The notes below the pieces were generated by a model. It searched no databases and was not told where the DNA came from. It was given only the letters and a program-made list of their open reading frames with translations. A stretch of DNA of 64,000 bases from an uncultured Helicobacter sp. (GTDB lineage: Bacteria; Campylobacterota; Campylobacteria; Campylobacterales; Helicobacteraceae): the NCBI GenBank assembly GCA_944323645.1, contig CALUTE010000001.1, forward strand, positions 138,466 through 202,465, in the 5' to 3' direction. Below, piece by piece: positions 43,814 to 54,910 of this stretch. The position numbers and the translations under genes are program-made. Numbering within the stretch: the stretch's first letter is position 1; each line of letters starts with the position of its first letter.

Positions 43814-44305
43814 ACAACTCCTTTTAATATTAATGTAAGGCAAATACTAACCAAAAATTATGTACAAAACTTTGAATTGTCCTAGAATGACTTCAACATA
43901 ATAGAACCAAATATCTTTGAATCTAAAATATCATTCAAATTGTGTCACTACATACATAAATCTTAAGAAGCTCAAAACTCTTGTCTCTGGCTTAGAATCT
44001 CAACATTCTATCACCATAGGTTCTGAAGCATAATGCATCGGTACAAACCTGACAAACCCAACAAGACCAAAATATCTAAATATTACCTACTAAATTTCAT
44101 CTTTTTTAAAGATTAAAATGGACAAATATTATCAAAATTTATGAATAAATGTTGTTAGCACCAATGATTCTTGATCGCATCTCTATTTCATTTCTACACA
44201 AACAACACAAATTTTATAGCCCTATTTTCATATTGTAATTACGTTCTTGAAGCACATTGTATTATAATTACTACTAGCTTAAATAACAAAAACAAGGAGA
44301 AAGCA

Positions 44306-45559
44306 ATGGAAACAAACAAAACCAAGCTTAACAAAAGCGATTTTATATGGGTTTTAAGTTTATTTGGCACAGCCATTGGCGCAGGCGTTTTGCTTCTGCC
44401 AATCAATGCTGGAATGGGCGGTCTTATTCCAATTCTAGTCATCTTGGTACTTGTTTATCCGATGACATATCTTGCACACAGGGGGCTTTGCCGATTCGTA
44501 CTTGGCAGCTCCAAACCAAGCGATGACATTACATTTGTTGCAGAAACATATTTTGGTAAAGGTGGTGGATTTTTAATTACATTGCTTTATTTCTTTGCAA
44601 TTTTACCCATTCTTTTAGTTTATAGCGCAAATCTCACAACAACGCTTAGTGAATTTTTTGTTCATCAACTTGGGCTTGAAGCACCCAATCGCTTGCTTAG
44701 TTCGTTTTTGATTGTTGCTATTTTAATGCTCATCTCCATATCGGGTTCAAATATTGTTACAAAAGCTATGAGCGCACTTGTATTTCCTTTTATTATTGCT
44801 CTTATATTTATTGCACTTTTGCTGATTCCATACTGGAATAGCACAATTTTTGATAATATTCATCTTGGTGATGCAAACACTGGACAAAGTTTTATCATTA
44901 CACTTTGGCTTGTCTTCCCAGTTCTTGTTTTTAGCTTTAACCACTCGCCCATTATTTCCTCATTAGCCTGCCATTGCAAAGAAAAATACCCAGATTGTGC
45001 AGAGCAAAAAGCTTCAAAAATCATTTCCTATGCTGTGATTATGATGGCTGTAGTGGTGATGTTTTTTGTATTTTCTTGCGCACTTTGCCTTGTACCAGAA
45101 GATTTTGCTGCTGCGAAAGCCCAAAATGTCAATATTTTAACCTATATTGCCAATAAATTCCCAGAAGCAACCTTTCTTGCTTATTTTGCGCCAATTATCG
45201 CCTTTGTTGCAATGAGCAAAAGCTTTTTAGGGCATTATCTGGGCTCGCAAGAAGGACTCAATGGCATTTTATATAAAGCTTCAAATGGCAAAATCACTGG
45301 GCGTATAGCTAACACTATCACAGGTAGTGCTACATTTTTGATTGCTTGGATTGTAGCATACAAAAATCCAAGTGTTATTACTATTATAGAATCTATCGGA
45401 GGACCCGTGCTTGCAATTTTACTCTTTCTTATGCCTGTGTATTGTATTTATCGCTTTGATGTCTTGAAAAAATACCGCAACGCCAAGAGTGACATTTTTA
45501 TTGTAGTTATGGGGCTTGTCTCTGTTTCTGCTGCAATACACGGACTTCTGGTTAAGTAG
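44306..45559 (+). CDS. sdaC: Serine transporter (HAAAP family, SdaC-like)
   Basis: About 417 aa from METNKTKLNKSDFIWVLSLFGTAIGAGVLLLPINAG (canonical HAAAP N-terminus), with about 11 TM helices. RBS aaggaga. Upstream of sdaA. Confidence 0.88.
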   Translation: METNKTKLNKSDFIWVLSLFGTAIGAGVLLLPINAGMGGLIPILVILVLVYPMTYLAHRGLCRFVLGSSKPSDDITFVAETYFGKGGGFLITLLYFFAILPILLVYSANLTTTLSEFFVHQLGLEAPNRLLSSFLIVAILMLISISGSNIVTKAMSALVFPFIIALIFIALLLIPYWNSTIFDNIHLGDANTGQSFIITLWLVFPVLVFSFNHSPIISSLACHCKEKYPDCAEQKASKIISYAVIMMAVVVMFFVFSCALCLVPEDFAAAKAQNVNILTYIANKFPEATFLAYFAPIIAFVAMSKSFLGHYLGSQEGLNGILYKASNGKITGRIANTITGSATFLIAWIVAYKNPSVITIIESIGGPVLAILLFLMPVYCIYRFDVLKKYRNAKSDIFIVVMGLVSVSAAIHGLLVK

Positions 45560-45581
45560 ATTCTGTGGTAAAGGATAGGCA

Positions 45582-46934
45582 ATGAGCAATCTTAATATTT
45601 TTAAAATTGGTGTTGGACCTTCTTCTTCCCATACACTTGGACCTCTGGTTGCAGCAAATTTATTTTGCAAAAAGATTCTGCCGCTTCTAGCACAAATAAC
45701 ACGCGTGCAAGTTACGCTCTATGGTTCGCTTTCACTCACAGGCAGAGGACACCTCACAGATAGGGCGATCTTATGGGGGCTTAGCGGCATAGAAGCAAAA
45801 CATCTCAAAGCAAGCCTTCAAGAAGAAATCAACGCTCGCGCCCTACAAGATCATACTCTTAATCTCTGTGGTAAAAAAGAAATCTCTTTTACATACGAAG
45901 AAGATGTTATTTTTAGTGAAGAGTTTTTGTCATTGCACGAAAATGGCTTGCGCATTGCAGTCTTTGATAAAAATGGCAAAGAGCTAGATTCTCAAGTGTA
46001 TTATTCTATTGGTGGAGGGTTTGTTAAAACACAAGAAGATTTTGAAAATGCTAGCGATACCTCAAACACTTTAGATTCTGGATATTTCTCTATCGAAAAT
46101 GCTACAAAGGCACTTTATCTCTGCGATGAAAAAAACTATAATCTCGCGCAACTCTCGCTTGAATATGAAAAACAATTTCTTTCAGAGCAAGATATTCGCA
46201 ACTACTGCCTTGAAATTTGGCAAGTGATGCAAGAAGTCTATGATAATGGCACTAAACCAAAAGACATATATCTACCCGGCAAACTCCATCTAAAAAGACG
46301 TGCGAAAGGATTATTTGAGCGCGTGCATGCCACAACAGACCCTATGGGCATTATTGATTTTATTTCTCTGTATGCAATCGCTATTGCAGAGGAAAATGCA
46401 AGTGGAGCAAAGGTTGTTACTGCACCCACAAATGGTGCTTGCGCAGTTGTACCGGCAGTTATGTTGTATCTAAAAAACCACACTATAGGCTTTAATGATA
46501 ACCAAGCAATTGATTTTTTACTCACTGCAATGTTAATTGGTTCTTTTTATAAAAAAAATGCAAGTATTAGCGGCGCAGAGGCTGGATGTCAAGCTGAAAT
46601 AGGATCAGCTAGCTCTATGGCAGCAGCCGCAATGGCAACCGTACTTGGAGCAGAGGCTCGTAAAGCCTGTAACGCTGCAGAAGTAGCAATGGAACATCAT
46701 TTGGGGCTAACCTGTGACCCAGTAGGCGGACTCGTGCAAATCCCCTGCATTGAACGTAATGCCTTTGGTGCAATAAAAGCTATTTCGGCGGCTCGTATGG
46801 CGATGACGCGCAAAAGTATTCCAATTGTAAGTCTTGATGAGGTGATTGAGACAATGTACCAAACGGGCAAAGATATGAATGTAAAATACCGAGAGACATC
46901 TCTTGGAGGGCTGGCAAAGACGCTTATTTGCTAA
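45582..46934 (+). CDS. sdaA: L-serine ammonia-lyase (Fe-S dependent, single-chain)
   Basis: 450 aa. FKIGVGPSSSHTLGP N-terminus and LTCDPVGGLVQIPCIERNA block. Confidence 0.95.
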   Translation: MSNLNIFKIGVGPSSSHTLGPLVAANLFCKKILPLLAQITRVQVTLYGSLSLTGRGHLTDRAILWGLSGIEAKHLKASLQEEINARALQDHTLNLCGKKEISFTYEEDVIFSEEFLSLHENGLRIAVFDKNGKELDSQVYYSIGGGFVKTQEDFENASDTSNTLDSGYFSIENATKALYLCDEKNYNLAQLSLEYEKQFLSEQDIRNYCLEIWQVMQEVYDNGTKPKDIYLPGKLHLKRRAKGLFERVHATTDPMGIIDFISLYAIAIAEENASGAKVVTAPTNGACAVVPAVMLYLKNHTIGFNDNQAIDFLLTAMLIGSFYKKNASISGAEAGCQAEIGSASSMAAAAMATVLGAEARKACNAAEVAMEHHLGLTCDPVGGLVQIPCIERNAFGAIKAISAARMAMTRKSIPIVSLDEVIETMYQTGKDMNVKYRETSLGGLAKTLIC

Positions 46935-46962
46935 CGCTAGCTTAAAAATAAAAAGCATACAC

Positions 46963-48930
46963 CTAGGCTTGCGTAAAATTTAACAAATATACTTCTAATT
47001 CTTGCAAAACATTTCTCCAATCTCCATACACAGACTGTGCAAATACCTCACCCCCGCAAAACCCCTGAAACCTTGTGCGTCCAAGCTCACCCCACCGCCA
47101 ATCATAGCGCTTATAGACCAACGTCGCACACGGCACGCCAAGCGCTATAGCTAGATGTGCTACAGCAGAATCTACACTTACCACAATATCCATTTGTCGT
47201 ACCACTCGCGCTGCATCAAGGAAATTATGCAAAGGATATGTGTAAAGATTGAGACTAGAATCTTTAGATTCCCTACAAAGTTCTATTGCATTTTCCTCAA
47301 GTGCTTGAATGCTACTCGCACACTCCTGCACACACTGCTTGTCTGCAATAGATTCTAGCGGTTCTGGTTGCACACAATGCAGTGTAAAATCAAGCCCTAG
47401 CCCTGCACATCGCTTGAAAAAATCAATCAAAATCGAAAGTTTTATCGATTTATAATTGGCATAGGCAAAGTGAGGATTTGAGTGAAAAAATAGTCCAATT
47501 TTTAGTTGTTTTTGCGCATTTGATATTCCAAGTTTTACCCCAGAAACAGAATCCATAATTGCACCAAGACTTGAGCTATGAGCGATATTTTGTGCATCTT
47601 GCAATGTATGGCGAATGCTGGATTCCACATCATTTTCAAAAGATTTCTCAACCTCATCAAAAAGTTTAGCTGCAAGATTAGAACGAAAATTAAGGTGCCA
47701 AATATTCCAAAAAATATTGCGCAAATACATAGCGTTATGCATAAAATCCTCTACAAGCGTAATTTGTAGCACATAAGGCAGGCTCGGAAAGCTAATACAA
47801 TAATCAAAATCCTCAAAATCGTTCCCTACAATCTCATAATGCAAAGCGAACAAACTTTGCAATGCTCCCTGCACATACACAAACTTTTTTGCACATACTA
47901 GCATATCAATAAAACGCCCAAACATCAAGCTGTCGCCAAAACCTTGTTCATAAAATATAAGTACGCGCGCATTTTTGATGCGTTCTCGAATTTGTTCTGG
48001 ATTCTGTAATGTAGCAATGTGTTTTGGTGAAGTGAAAAATCTCGTATTATCCATTTCTTGCTTGGGTAGGCGCAAACGTTCTTGATAATAACTAAACCCT
48101 CGCTCAAATACCCCAACACTTAGCAATAAATGCGCATAATTGAGCACATACAAAGGACTTGGCATAATCGTATATGCCATCTGATAAAAACGTTCTGCCT
48201 CACGAGACCGCCCAGCATAGCGCATAGCGTTTGCATAGTTAAAGTAAAATTCCGCACGTGATTGCTGGTATTCTTGATAGGCTGTTTCAGACTCTGTTTG
48301 AGCTTTTGGACGTGGCACAAAATTTGACTCCAAAGCCTTATAAAGTGCAAGTGCTGAAGTAGTATCATCAATCAATGTGTAGGTTTGGGCAAGATTAAAG
48401 CGCGCTTTTAATGTTGGACAAGTTTTATAAAGGGCAATAGCTTGCGTATAAGCACCTTCTTCTGCATATAAGTTGGCAAGATTGTATGCTGCATCTGTAT
48501 CATCTGGCGTGATTTTTAGTACTTCTTGGTAGGCTTTGATAGCATTTGTGCGATCACCCACTTGACTTAAAGCACGAGCGAGATTGAAATAAAGATTAGG
48601 ATTTTTTGTTGGCAAAAATGGCTGCAATAATCTTATCGCTTCTTGTGCCCTATTCTGCAAACGCAAGAGTTCGGCGAGGTTTATGATGATATCTTCACGT
48701 TTTGGAGCAATTTGATGCGCACCCAAAAGATAGTCTATAGCACGTGTTATATCCCCTAAATAATACAAACTCATCGCACAAATAAACCACGCCTCCACAT
48801 TGTTTGGCGAGTGAGTGAGAATCTGACTAGCTAGTGAAAGGCAGAGCCGAAAATCACACGCCTCATATGCACGATAGAGAGAATCTAGCGCTTCTGTTTC
48901 ACTACTAGATGATTGTGCGGGATTGTGCAT
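46963..48930 (-). CDS. TPR-repeat protein with C-terminal glycosyltransferase family 9-like domain
   Basis: 655 aa. The N-terminal roughly 280 aa carry repeated TPR-like A..Y..AL/NLA patterns. The C-terminus carries MDIVVSVDSAVAHLAIALGVPCATLV, resembling the DSGxxHLAAALG motif of heptosyltransferase-type GT9 enzymes. Confidence 0.65.
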   Translation of the reverse strand: MHNPAQSSSSETEALDSLYRAYEACDFRLCLSLASQILTHSPNNVEAWFICAMSLYYLGDITRAIDYLLGAHQIAPKREDIIINLAELLRLQNRAQEAIRLLQPFLPTKNPNLYFNLARALSQVGDRTNAIKAYQEVLKITPDDTDAAYNLANLYAEEGAYTQAIALYKTCPTLKARFNLAQTYTLIDDTTSALALYKALESNFVPRPKAQTESETAYQEYQQSRAEFYFNYANAMRYAGRSREAERFYQMAYTIMPSPLYVLNYAHLLLSVGVFERGFSYYQERLRLPKQEMDNTRFFTSPKHIATLQNPEQIRERIKNARVLIFYEQGFGDSLMFGRFIDMLVCAKKFVYVQGALQSLFALHYEIVGNDFEDFDYCISFPSLPYVLQITLVEDFMHNAMYLRNIFWNIWHLNFRSNLAAKLFDEVEKSFENDVESSIRHTLQDAQNIAHSSSLGAIMDSVSGVKLGISNAQKQLKIGLFFHSNPHFAYANYKSIKLSILIDFFKRCAGLGLDFTLHCVQPEPLESIADKQCVQECASSIQALEENAIELCRESKDSSLNLYTYPLHNFLDAARVVRQMDIVVSVDSAVAHLAIALGVPCATLVYKRYDWRWGELGRTRFQGFCGGEVFAQSVYGDWRNVLQELEVYLLNFTQA

Positions 48931-48962
48931 AGCAACCCTACGTGCGTAGAGTAATAGGTAGA

Positions 48963-49187
48963 TTAGTGGTGGTTCTTGCGATATTCTAGAATCATCGCAT
49001 ACACCTCATCTTTTAGGCGAAGTTTTTGCTTTTTGAGAACTTCTATTTCCATAGGTGGAAGAAGCTCGATGCCATCTTCAGCATTTTTTATTTTTTCATC
49101 AAGCGCATTGTGTTCATCAAAAATTTTCTCAAAATGAGCGTTTGTTGTTTTTAGTTTAGTGATTTCTTCGCGGTATTCGTGGAACAT
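48963..49187 (-). CDS. DUF465 (YdcH-like) small protein
   Basis: 74 aa. HEYREEITKLKTTNAHFEKIFDEHNALDEKI matches the YdcH/DUF465 pattern. Confidence 0.75.
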   Translation of the reverse strand: MFHEYREEITKLKTTNAHFEKIFDEHNALDEKIKNAEDGIELLPPMEIEVLKKQKLRLKDEVYAMILEYRKNHH

Positions 49188-49393
49188 TTGAAACTCCTTT
49201 GATGGTGTATATAAGTATTAGGGGTAATTGTAGCATTTTTTACTTAATTTCACCTACTTGGACATAAGCTAGATCTAGAGCATAAATGCTTGAAAAGACT
49301 TCCATAAACTATTTTAGTACATTCTCCATTGGTTTCTGTGTATAATACGCTTTTGCTTTTAGATTGAGTGCTTAACAAATCCAAGGAGTCGCT

Positions 49394-50458
49394 GTGTTAT
49401 ACTATCTGTATTCGTATTTTGACATTAATATTTTCAAATACCTCACATTTCGCGCAGGACTTAGTTTTTCTATGGCATTTTTTCTTTGCGTGTTCCTTAT
49501 GCCGCGCTTTATTCTTTGGGCAAAAGCGCGCAAAGCAAACCAACCTATTTCCAGCTTTGTTCCAGCACACCAATGCAAAACCAACACGCCTACTATGGGT
49601 GGAAGTATCTTTATCGCAAGTGCGGTTATTGCTTCACTACTTTGTGTACAATTAAACAACCTCTTTGCAATCCTTGGGATTATAAGCCTGCTTGTTTTTG
49701 GTGGCATTGGCGCACGCGATGACTATATGAAAATTGCGACAAAATCAAATGCTGGAATGAATGCGCGCACCAAAATGCTTTTGCTCTTTTTAAGCGCACT
49801 AGGCATTAGCTTAGCATTATATTATGGCGCAGGATTGACTTCAGATTTTTATATCCCTTTTGTAAAAACTCCGCTTTTTTCACTGAGTGAATATCCAGTA
49901 CTTATGCTTGCATTTTGGATTTTAGTTTTTCTTGCTACAAGCAATGCGGTTAATATTACTGATGGACTTGATGGTTTAGCAAGTGTGCCAAGCATTTGTG
50001 CAATTTTTACTCTATGTGTGTTTGTGTATCTTGCTGGAAATGCCGAGTTTGGAAGATACCTTTTTCTACCCAAAGTTAATGCGGGTGAGCTTGTCGTAGT
50101 TGGAGCCGGATTTATTGGCGCACTTCTTGGGTTTTTGTGGTATAACTGCCACCCAGCACAAGTGTTTATGGGCGATAGTGGTAGTCTGTCAATTGGTGGG
50201 TTTATGGCATATATGGCGATCGTTTCAAACAATGAAGTTTTACTCCTTGTAATTGGCTCTATTTTTGTAATAGAAACTCTCTCTGTTATGCTCCAGATTG
50301 GCAGCTACAAAGCACGTAAAAAAAGAATTTTTCTTATGGCACCAATCCATCATCACTTTGAACAAAAAGGCTGGGCAGAAAATAAAATTATCGTTCGGTT
50401 TTGGATTATCGCCATTCTTAGCAATATCATTGCACTGCTAAGTATTAAGGTGCGCTAA
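49394..50458 (+). CDS. mraY: Phospho-N-acetylmuramoyl-pentapeptide transferase
   Basis: 354 aa with GTG start after aaggag. MraY blocks ([33 protein letters not shown]). Confidence 0.96.
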   Translation: MLYYLYSYFDINIFKYLTFRAGLSFSMAFFLCVFLMPRFILWAKARKANQPISSFVPAHQCKTNTPTMGGSIFIASAVIASLLCVQLNNLFAILGIISLLVFGGIGARDDYMKIATKSNAGMNARTKMLLLFLSALGISLALYYGAGLTSDFYIPFVKTPLFSLSEYPVLMLAFWILVFLATSNAVNITDGLDGLASVPSICAIFTLCVFVYLAGNAEFGRYLFLPKVNAGELVVVGAGFIGALLGFLWYNCHPAQVFMGDSGSLSIGGFMAYMAIVSNNEVLLLVIGSIFVIETLSVMLQIGSYKARKKRIFLMAPIHHHFEQKGWAENKIIVRFWIIAILSNIIALLSIKVR

Positions 50459-50466
50459 GGACTAAA

Positions 50467-52179
50467 ATGGATTCTCCGCACAAAAAACAAGGGCGCACAA
50501 AAACAATACCAAAAAACATCATTCCCCTAGAATCTAGCGCACAAATAAACGCCTTGCGCGATGCTTTTGCCAAAAATGGTGCAATTAGTGTTTTTGGCTA
50601 TGGTGTTACGACTAAGCCCATTGTAGCTTTGCTCAATGCAAGAAGCTTTTCTTGCACGATTTATGATGATAAGCTAGCAAATATCAAAGATCACAATGTA
50701 CTGGATTCTATCCTAGAATCTAGTGACAAAAATAGCAAAAGAGCAGCATATACAAATCTTTTTTTATCTCCAAGTGCTTTTTGCAGCGAGGATTCTGCAT
50801 TGGAGATTCTTAGCCCTGGAATCCTACCTACACACCCATATTTTGCACAAGCACACAATGCAATAAGCGAATATGATTTTATTTATAGCCTTTTACGACA
50901 CAAAGATTTACTGCCAATAAATAATACACAAAACACCACACCTTCTCCCATAGCCAATAATCCCGCTTGTGATTGCGCACAAGATGTGATACCTATGATT
51001 TGGATAAGTGGCACTAATGGTAAAACCACAACGACCCAAATGCTCACATTTCTACTCGCTCCTTTTGGCGCACAAGCAGGGGGAAATATCGGCACACCAC
51101 TTGCCACACTTTTCTCACAATGTGCCAGAATCTGGATATTAGAGACAAGCTCTTTCACCCTGCACTATACTAAAACTGCCTACCCAAAAGTGTATTTGCT
51201 GTTGCCTTTGAGCCAAGATCATATTAGCTGGCATAATGGGTTTGAAAACTATGTCGATGATAAGCTTAGCGTGCTAACCCGTATGGATTCTACAACATAC
51301 GCACTCCTCCCAGATTCTGTGCGCACACACCGCTTTGTACGATCCTATCTCGGCAAAGCTGTGTTTTATAAAGATTCTTATGATTTGCTTACATATCTAG
51401 CGCTAGATCGCAAAGCGCTTACCTTTGATGAACCATTTTTGCTTGATGGGCTTGTGGCGCTGTGTGGGGTGGAGATGTTGCACAAAGCCTTACCAAAAGC
51501 TTTGGATAAGAATCTAGATTCTACCAAACTGGATTCTCTGCTAGATTCTCCTGCGCAAAACACAACGCACGATATATCTGCATACTGCGCACATCTCAAC
51601 ACATTCACAATTGGCGCACACAGAATCGAGGAGTTTTATGAGCTAGAATCTGATAGTACAAAATGGCTGTGGGTTGATGACTCTAAAGGCACAAACATTG
51701 ATGCGACTTTGCAAGCTATCAAACGATATCACGATAGGGCATTATTTTTGATTCTAGGTGGTGATGATAAAGGTGCAGATTGTGAGGCAATTTTTGTGCT
51801 GCTTGCAGGGCTTTTTTCAAATCCCACACCAACAACAACAAACAATCCCACCATAGCACCAAGTGTGCAGATTTTTACTATAGGAAGCAACGAAAAAAAG
51901 CTCCTAGCCTTCGCTCAACAATACCAAATAAATGCCATACAATGCAGCATACTACAAAATGCAGTATTTTCGATAAAAAATGCGCGCCAAAACCTGCTTG
52001 CACTCCTAGAATCTAGTAACTCTACACTCTCAAAAAATGCCATAAAAAGCACTGTATCAGAAACATTTGTCGGGCTTTTATCGCCAGCAGCAGCAAGTCT
52101 TGACCAATTTAGCTCCTACAAAGAACGTGGAGAGTTGTTTAAACAGTATGTCAAAAGTTCGCTGCAACCCAAACAATAA
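50467..52179 (+). CDS. murD: UDP-N-acetylmuramoylalanine--D-glutamate ligase, unusually long form
   Basis: 570 aa. Mur ligase P-loop (ISGTNGKTTTTQML) and a position after mraY support MurD. Several low-complexity insertions (see findings). Confidence 0.85.
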   Translation: MDSPHKKQGRTKTIPKNIIPLESSAQINALRDAFAKNGAISVFGYGVTTKPIVALLNARSFSCTIYDDKLANIKDHNVLDSILESSDKNSKRAAYTNLFLSPSAFCSEDSALEILSPGILPTHPYFAQAHNAISEYDFIYSLLRHKDLLPINNTQNTTPSPIANNPACDCAQDVIPMIWISGTNGKTTTTQMLTFLLAPFGAQAGGNIGTPLATLFSQCARIWILETSSFTLHYTKTAYPKVYLLLPLSQDHISWHNGFENYVDDKLSVLTRMDSTTYALLPDSVRTHRFVRSYLGKAVFYKDSYDLLTYLALDRKALTFDEPFLLDGLVALCGVEMLHKALPKALDKNLDSTKLDSLLDSPAQNTTHDISAYCAHLNTFTIGAHRIEEFYELESDSTKWLWVDDSKGTNIDATLQAIKRYHDRALFLILGGDDKGADCEAIFVLLAGLFSNPTPTTTNNPTIAPSVQIFTIGSNEKKLLAFAQQYQINAIQCSILQNAVFSIKNARQNLLALLESSNSTLSKNAIKSTVSETFVGLLSPAAASLDQFSSYKERGELFKQYVKSSLQPKQ

Positions 52180-52187
52180 GGAATACT

Positions 52188-54890
52188 ATGAGTTATGATC
52201 CTAAGGCAATAGAAAAAAAAATCTATACACTTTGTAAGGAGCGAGGATATTTCGAGATAGAAGGAAATGCACCAATCGCCCATAACGACAAATATTTTTC
52301 ACTAATGATGCCGCCCCCAAATGTTACTGGTGTGCTACACATAGGACATGCGCTAACTTTTTCACTTCAAGATATTATCACGCGTTATAAGCGTATGCAA
52401 GGGTTTATCACGCTTTATCAGCCCGGGCTTGATCACGCAGGTATTGCAACACAAAATGTCGTAGAAAAACGTCTGCTTGAGCGTGGTATCCGCAAAGAAG
52501 ACATAGGACGTGAGGCATTCATTCAAAAGGTATGGGAGTGGAAAGAAGAATCTGGAGGGAAGATTTTAGAGCAAATGGAAGCGCTTGGCATTACCCCAGC
52601 GTGGTCACGCACACGTTTTACGATGGATAGCGGATTGCAAAATGCAGTGCGTGAAGCGTTTGTTACTTGGTATGAAAAAGGGTTTATTTATCAGGGGGAT
52701 TATATGGTGAATTGGTGCACACACGATGGCGCACTCTCTGATATTGAAGTAGAATATAACCAACAAAATACAAATCTATACCATTTGCGCTACCATCTTG
52801 CCAAAGCTTCGCAAGATTCTACTAGAGAACCTTGCGAATATCTTGTTGTAGCAACGACAAGACCAGAAACATTTTTTGGTGATAGTGCGGTTATGGTACA
52901 TCCTTCAGATTCTCGCTATGCGCATCTTATTGGGCAAGAAGTTGTGCTACCTCTTATTGGGCGCAAGATTCCTATTATCTGTGATGAGAGCGTGGATATG
53001 GAATTTGGGACAGGGGTGGTAAAAGTTACACCCGCTCACGATATAAATGACTATGAAGTTGGTAAAAAGCACAAACTAGAATCTCTTGTGATTTTTGATG
53101 AGAAGGGTATTTTTAATGAATATGCCACAGGATTTAAGGGACGTGAGCGACTTGAAGCACGAAAAGATATTGTGCAGGCATTACAAGATTGTGGTGCGAT
53201 AGAAAAAATCGAGCCCTACACCAACCAAGTGGGAGTATGCTATCGATGTGGTAATATCATCGAGCCTTATATTTCTAAACAATGGTTTATTGATGCAAAA
53301 ATCGCTACAAATACAATCCAGAAAGTCAATGCAAGTAAGCAAAAAGCAGATGAAGGCGGGCATTTCTATCCTGCTTCTTGGCTGAATAATTTTAATGCGT
53401 GGATGCGCGATCTGCGTCCTTGGTGTATTTCAAGACAGTTGTGGTGGGGACATAGGATTCCAATTTGGTATTGTCAAAGCCCCTCTTGTAACCATACTTT
53501 CGCCTCAAAAAATGAAGTGGAGAATGTATGTCCAAAATGTGGGGGAAAAGTCGTGCAAGATAATGATGTGCTTGATACTTGGTTTAGCTCTGGACTTTGG
53601 GCATTTAGTACGCTTGGCTGGGGGAATAAACAAGAATCTAGCAATACTTATCAACAACAAGATCTTGAACATTTCTATCCTAATTCCTTGCTAATTACGG
53701 GGTTTGATATTTTGTTTTTCTGGGTTGCAAGAATGTTATTTAGTGGCGAATCATTGCTTGGCAAACTTCCTTTTAAAGATATTTATTTGCACGCACTTGT
53801 GCGTGATGAGCATGGGCAAAAAATGAGCAAATCAAAAGGCAACGCGATCGATCCTCTTGAAATGATTGAAGAATTTGGGGCAGATTCTCTACGTTTTTCT
53901 TTGGCATATTTGTGTGCGCAAGGGCGCGATGTGCGACTTTCTCGGACACAGCTTGAAATTTCCAAAAACTTCGCCAATAAGCTTTATAATGCCACACAAT
54001 TTTTATTATTATACGCAAAGCAAGCTGATAGCGGTTTTAGTGGGTTTTTAGAGCGCAATGACTTAAACACTTATAGTACGCCGCTTGGACGTTATGCCAA
54101 ATCACGTCTTAATACCGCGACAAAAGAAATGGTTGAAGCACTTGAAAACTACCGCTTCAACGATGGTGCAAGCGTAGTATATCGATTTTTGTGGGGAGAA
54201 TTTTGTGATTGGTGCATTGAGCTTGCCAAAGCGCAAAAAGAATCCATAAACGAGCTTGGAAGCGTGCTTATGGAAGGGCTAAAACTTTTGCACCCTTATA
54301 TGCCTTTTGTAACAGATGCGCTCTATCATCTGCTTATTGGCAAAGATATTGAACAGAGCGAATCAATTATGATTGCGCGCTTTCCTAGTGATTATAGTAA
54401 TGATAGCGCACTTGAAGCGGAGTTTGATCGCATAAAAGATGCTATCATCTCCTTGCGCCGTGCCAAAGCACTCATTGAGCTTGCCAACAAACCCATTGCC
54501 TGCGCGTATGTTGTGGCACATTTTGATGACAAGCCACGCGCCCTAGAATCTATCCAAAAACTCGCGCGCTGCGAGCGTATAGAGCTACTAGAATCTAATG
54601 CAAGCAATTTAGATTCTATGGACAAAGAGTGTGTAGTAGATATTAGCACATATACAAAAAGCTACATTCCACTAAAAGATATTGATCTTTCACAAATCAT
54701 AGCACGCCTCAATACACAAGGCACAAAACTCGCAAAAGAAATCACCAAGCTAGAAGGAATGCTTGGAAATGAAAAATTCCGCGCAAATGCACCAAAACAA
54801 GTGTTAGAATCCAATCAAAATGCACTAGAAGAAGTGCGTGCTAAATACCAAAAAATTCAAGAGCAACGTAAAGCCTTTGGTATAGAGTAG
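52188..54890 (+). CDS. valS: Valine--tRNA ligase
   Basis: 900 aa. PPNVTGVLHIGHA (HIGH), KMSKSKGN (KMSKS), and a C-terminal coiled coil. Confidence 0.97.
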   Translation: MSYDPKAIEKKIYTLCKERGYFEIEGNAPIAHNDKYFSLMMPPPNVTGVLHIGHALTFSLQDIITRYKRMQGFITLYQPGLDHAGIATQNVVEKRLLERGIRKEDIGREAFIQKVWEWKEESGGKILEQMEALGITPAWSRTRFTMDSGLQNAVREAFVTWYEKGFIYQGDYMVNWCTHDGALSDIEVEYNQQNTNLYHLRYHLAKASQDSTREPCEYLVVATTRPETFFGDSAVMVHPSDSRYAHLIGQEVVLPLIGRKIPIICDESVDMEFGTGVVKVTPAHDINDYEVGKKHKLESLVIFDEKGIFNEYATGFKGRERLEARKDIVQALQDCGAIEKIEPYTNQVGVCYRCGNIIEPYISKQWFIDAKIATNTIQKVNASKQKADEGGHFYPASWLNNFNAWMRDLRPWCISRQLWWGHRIPIWYCQSPSCNHTFASKNEVENVCPKCGGKVVQDNDVLDTWFSSGLWAFSTLGWGNKQESSNTYQQQDLEHFYPNSLLITGFDILFFWVARMLFSGESLLGKLPFKDIYLHALVRDEHGQKMSKSKGNAIDPLEMIEEFGADSLRFSLAYLCAQGRDVRLSRTQLEISKNFANKLYNATQFLLLYAKQADSGFSGFLERNDLNTYSTPLGRYAKSRLNTATKEMVEALENYRFNDGASVVYRFLWGEFCDWCIELAKAQKESINELGSVLMEGLKLLHPYMPFVTDALYHLLIGKDIEQSESIMIARFPSDYSNDSALEAEFDRIKDAIISLRRAKALIELANKPIACAYVVAHFDDKPRALESIQKLARCERIELLESNASNLDSMDKECVVDISTYTKSYIPLKDIDLSQIIARLNTQGTKLAKEITKLEGMLGNEKFRANAPKQVLESNQNALEEVRAKYQKIQEQRKAFGIE

Positions 54891-54910
54891 AATCTACTAG
54901 GGATAGCACA

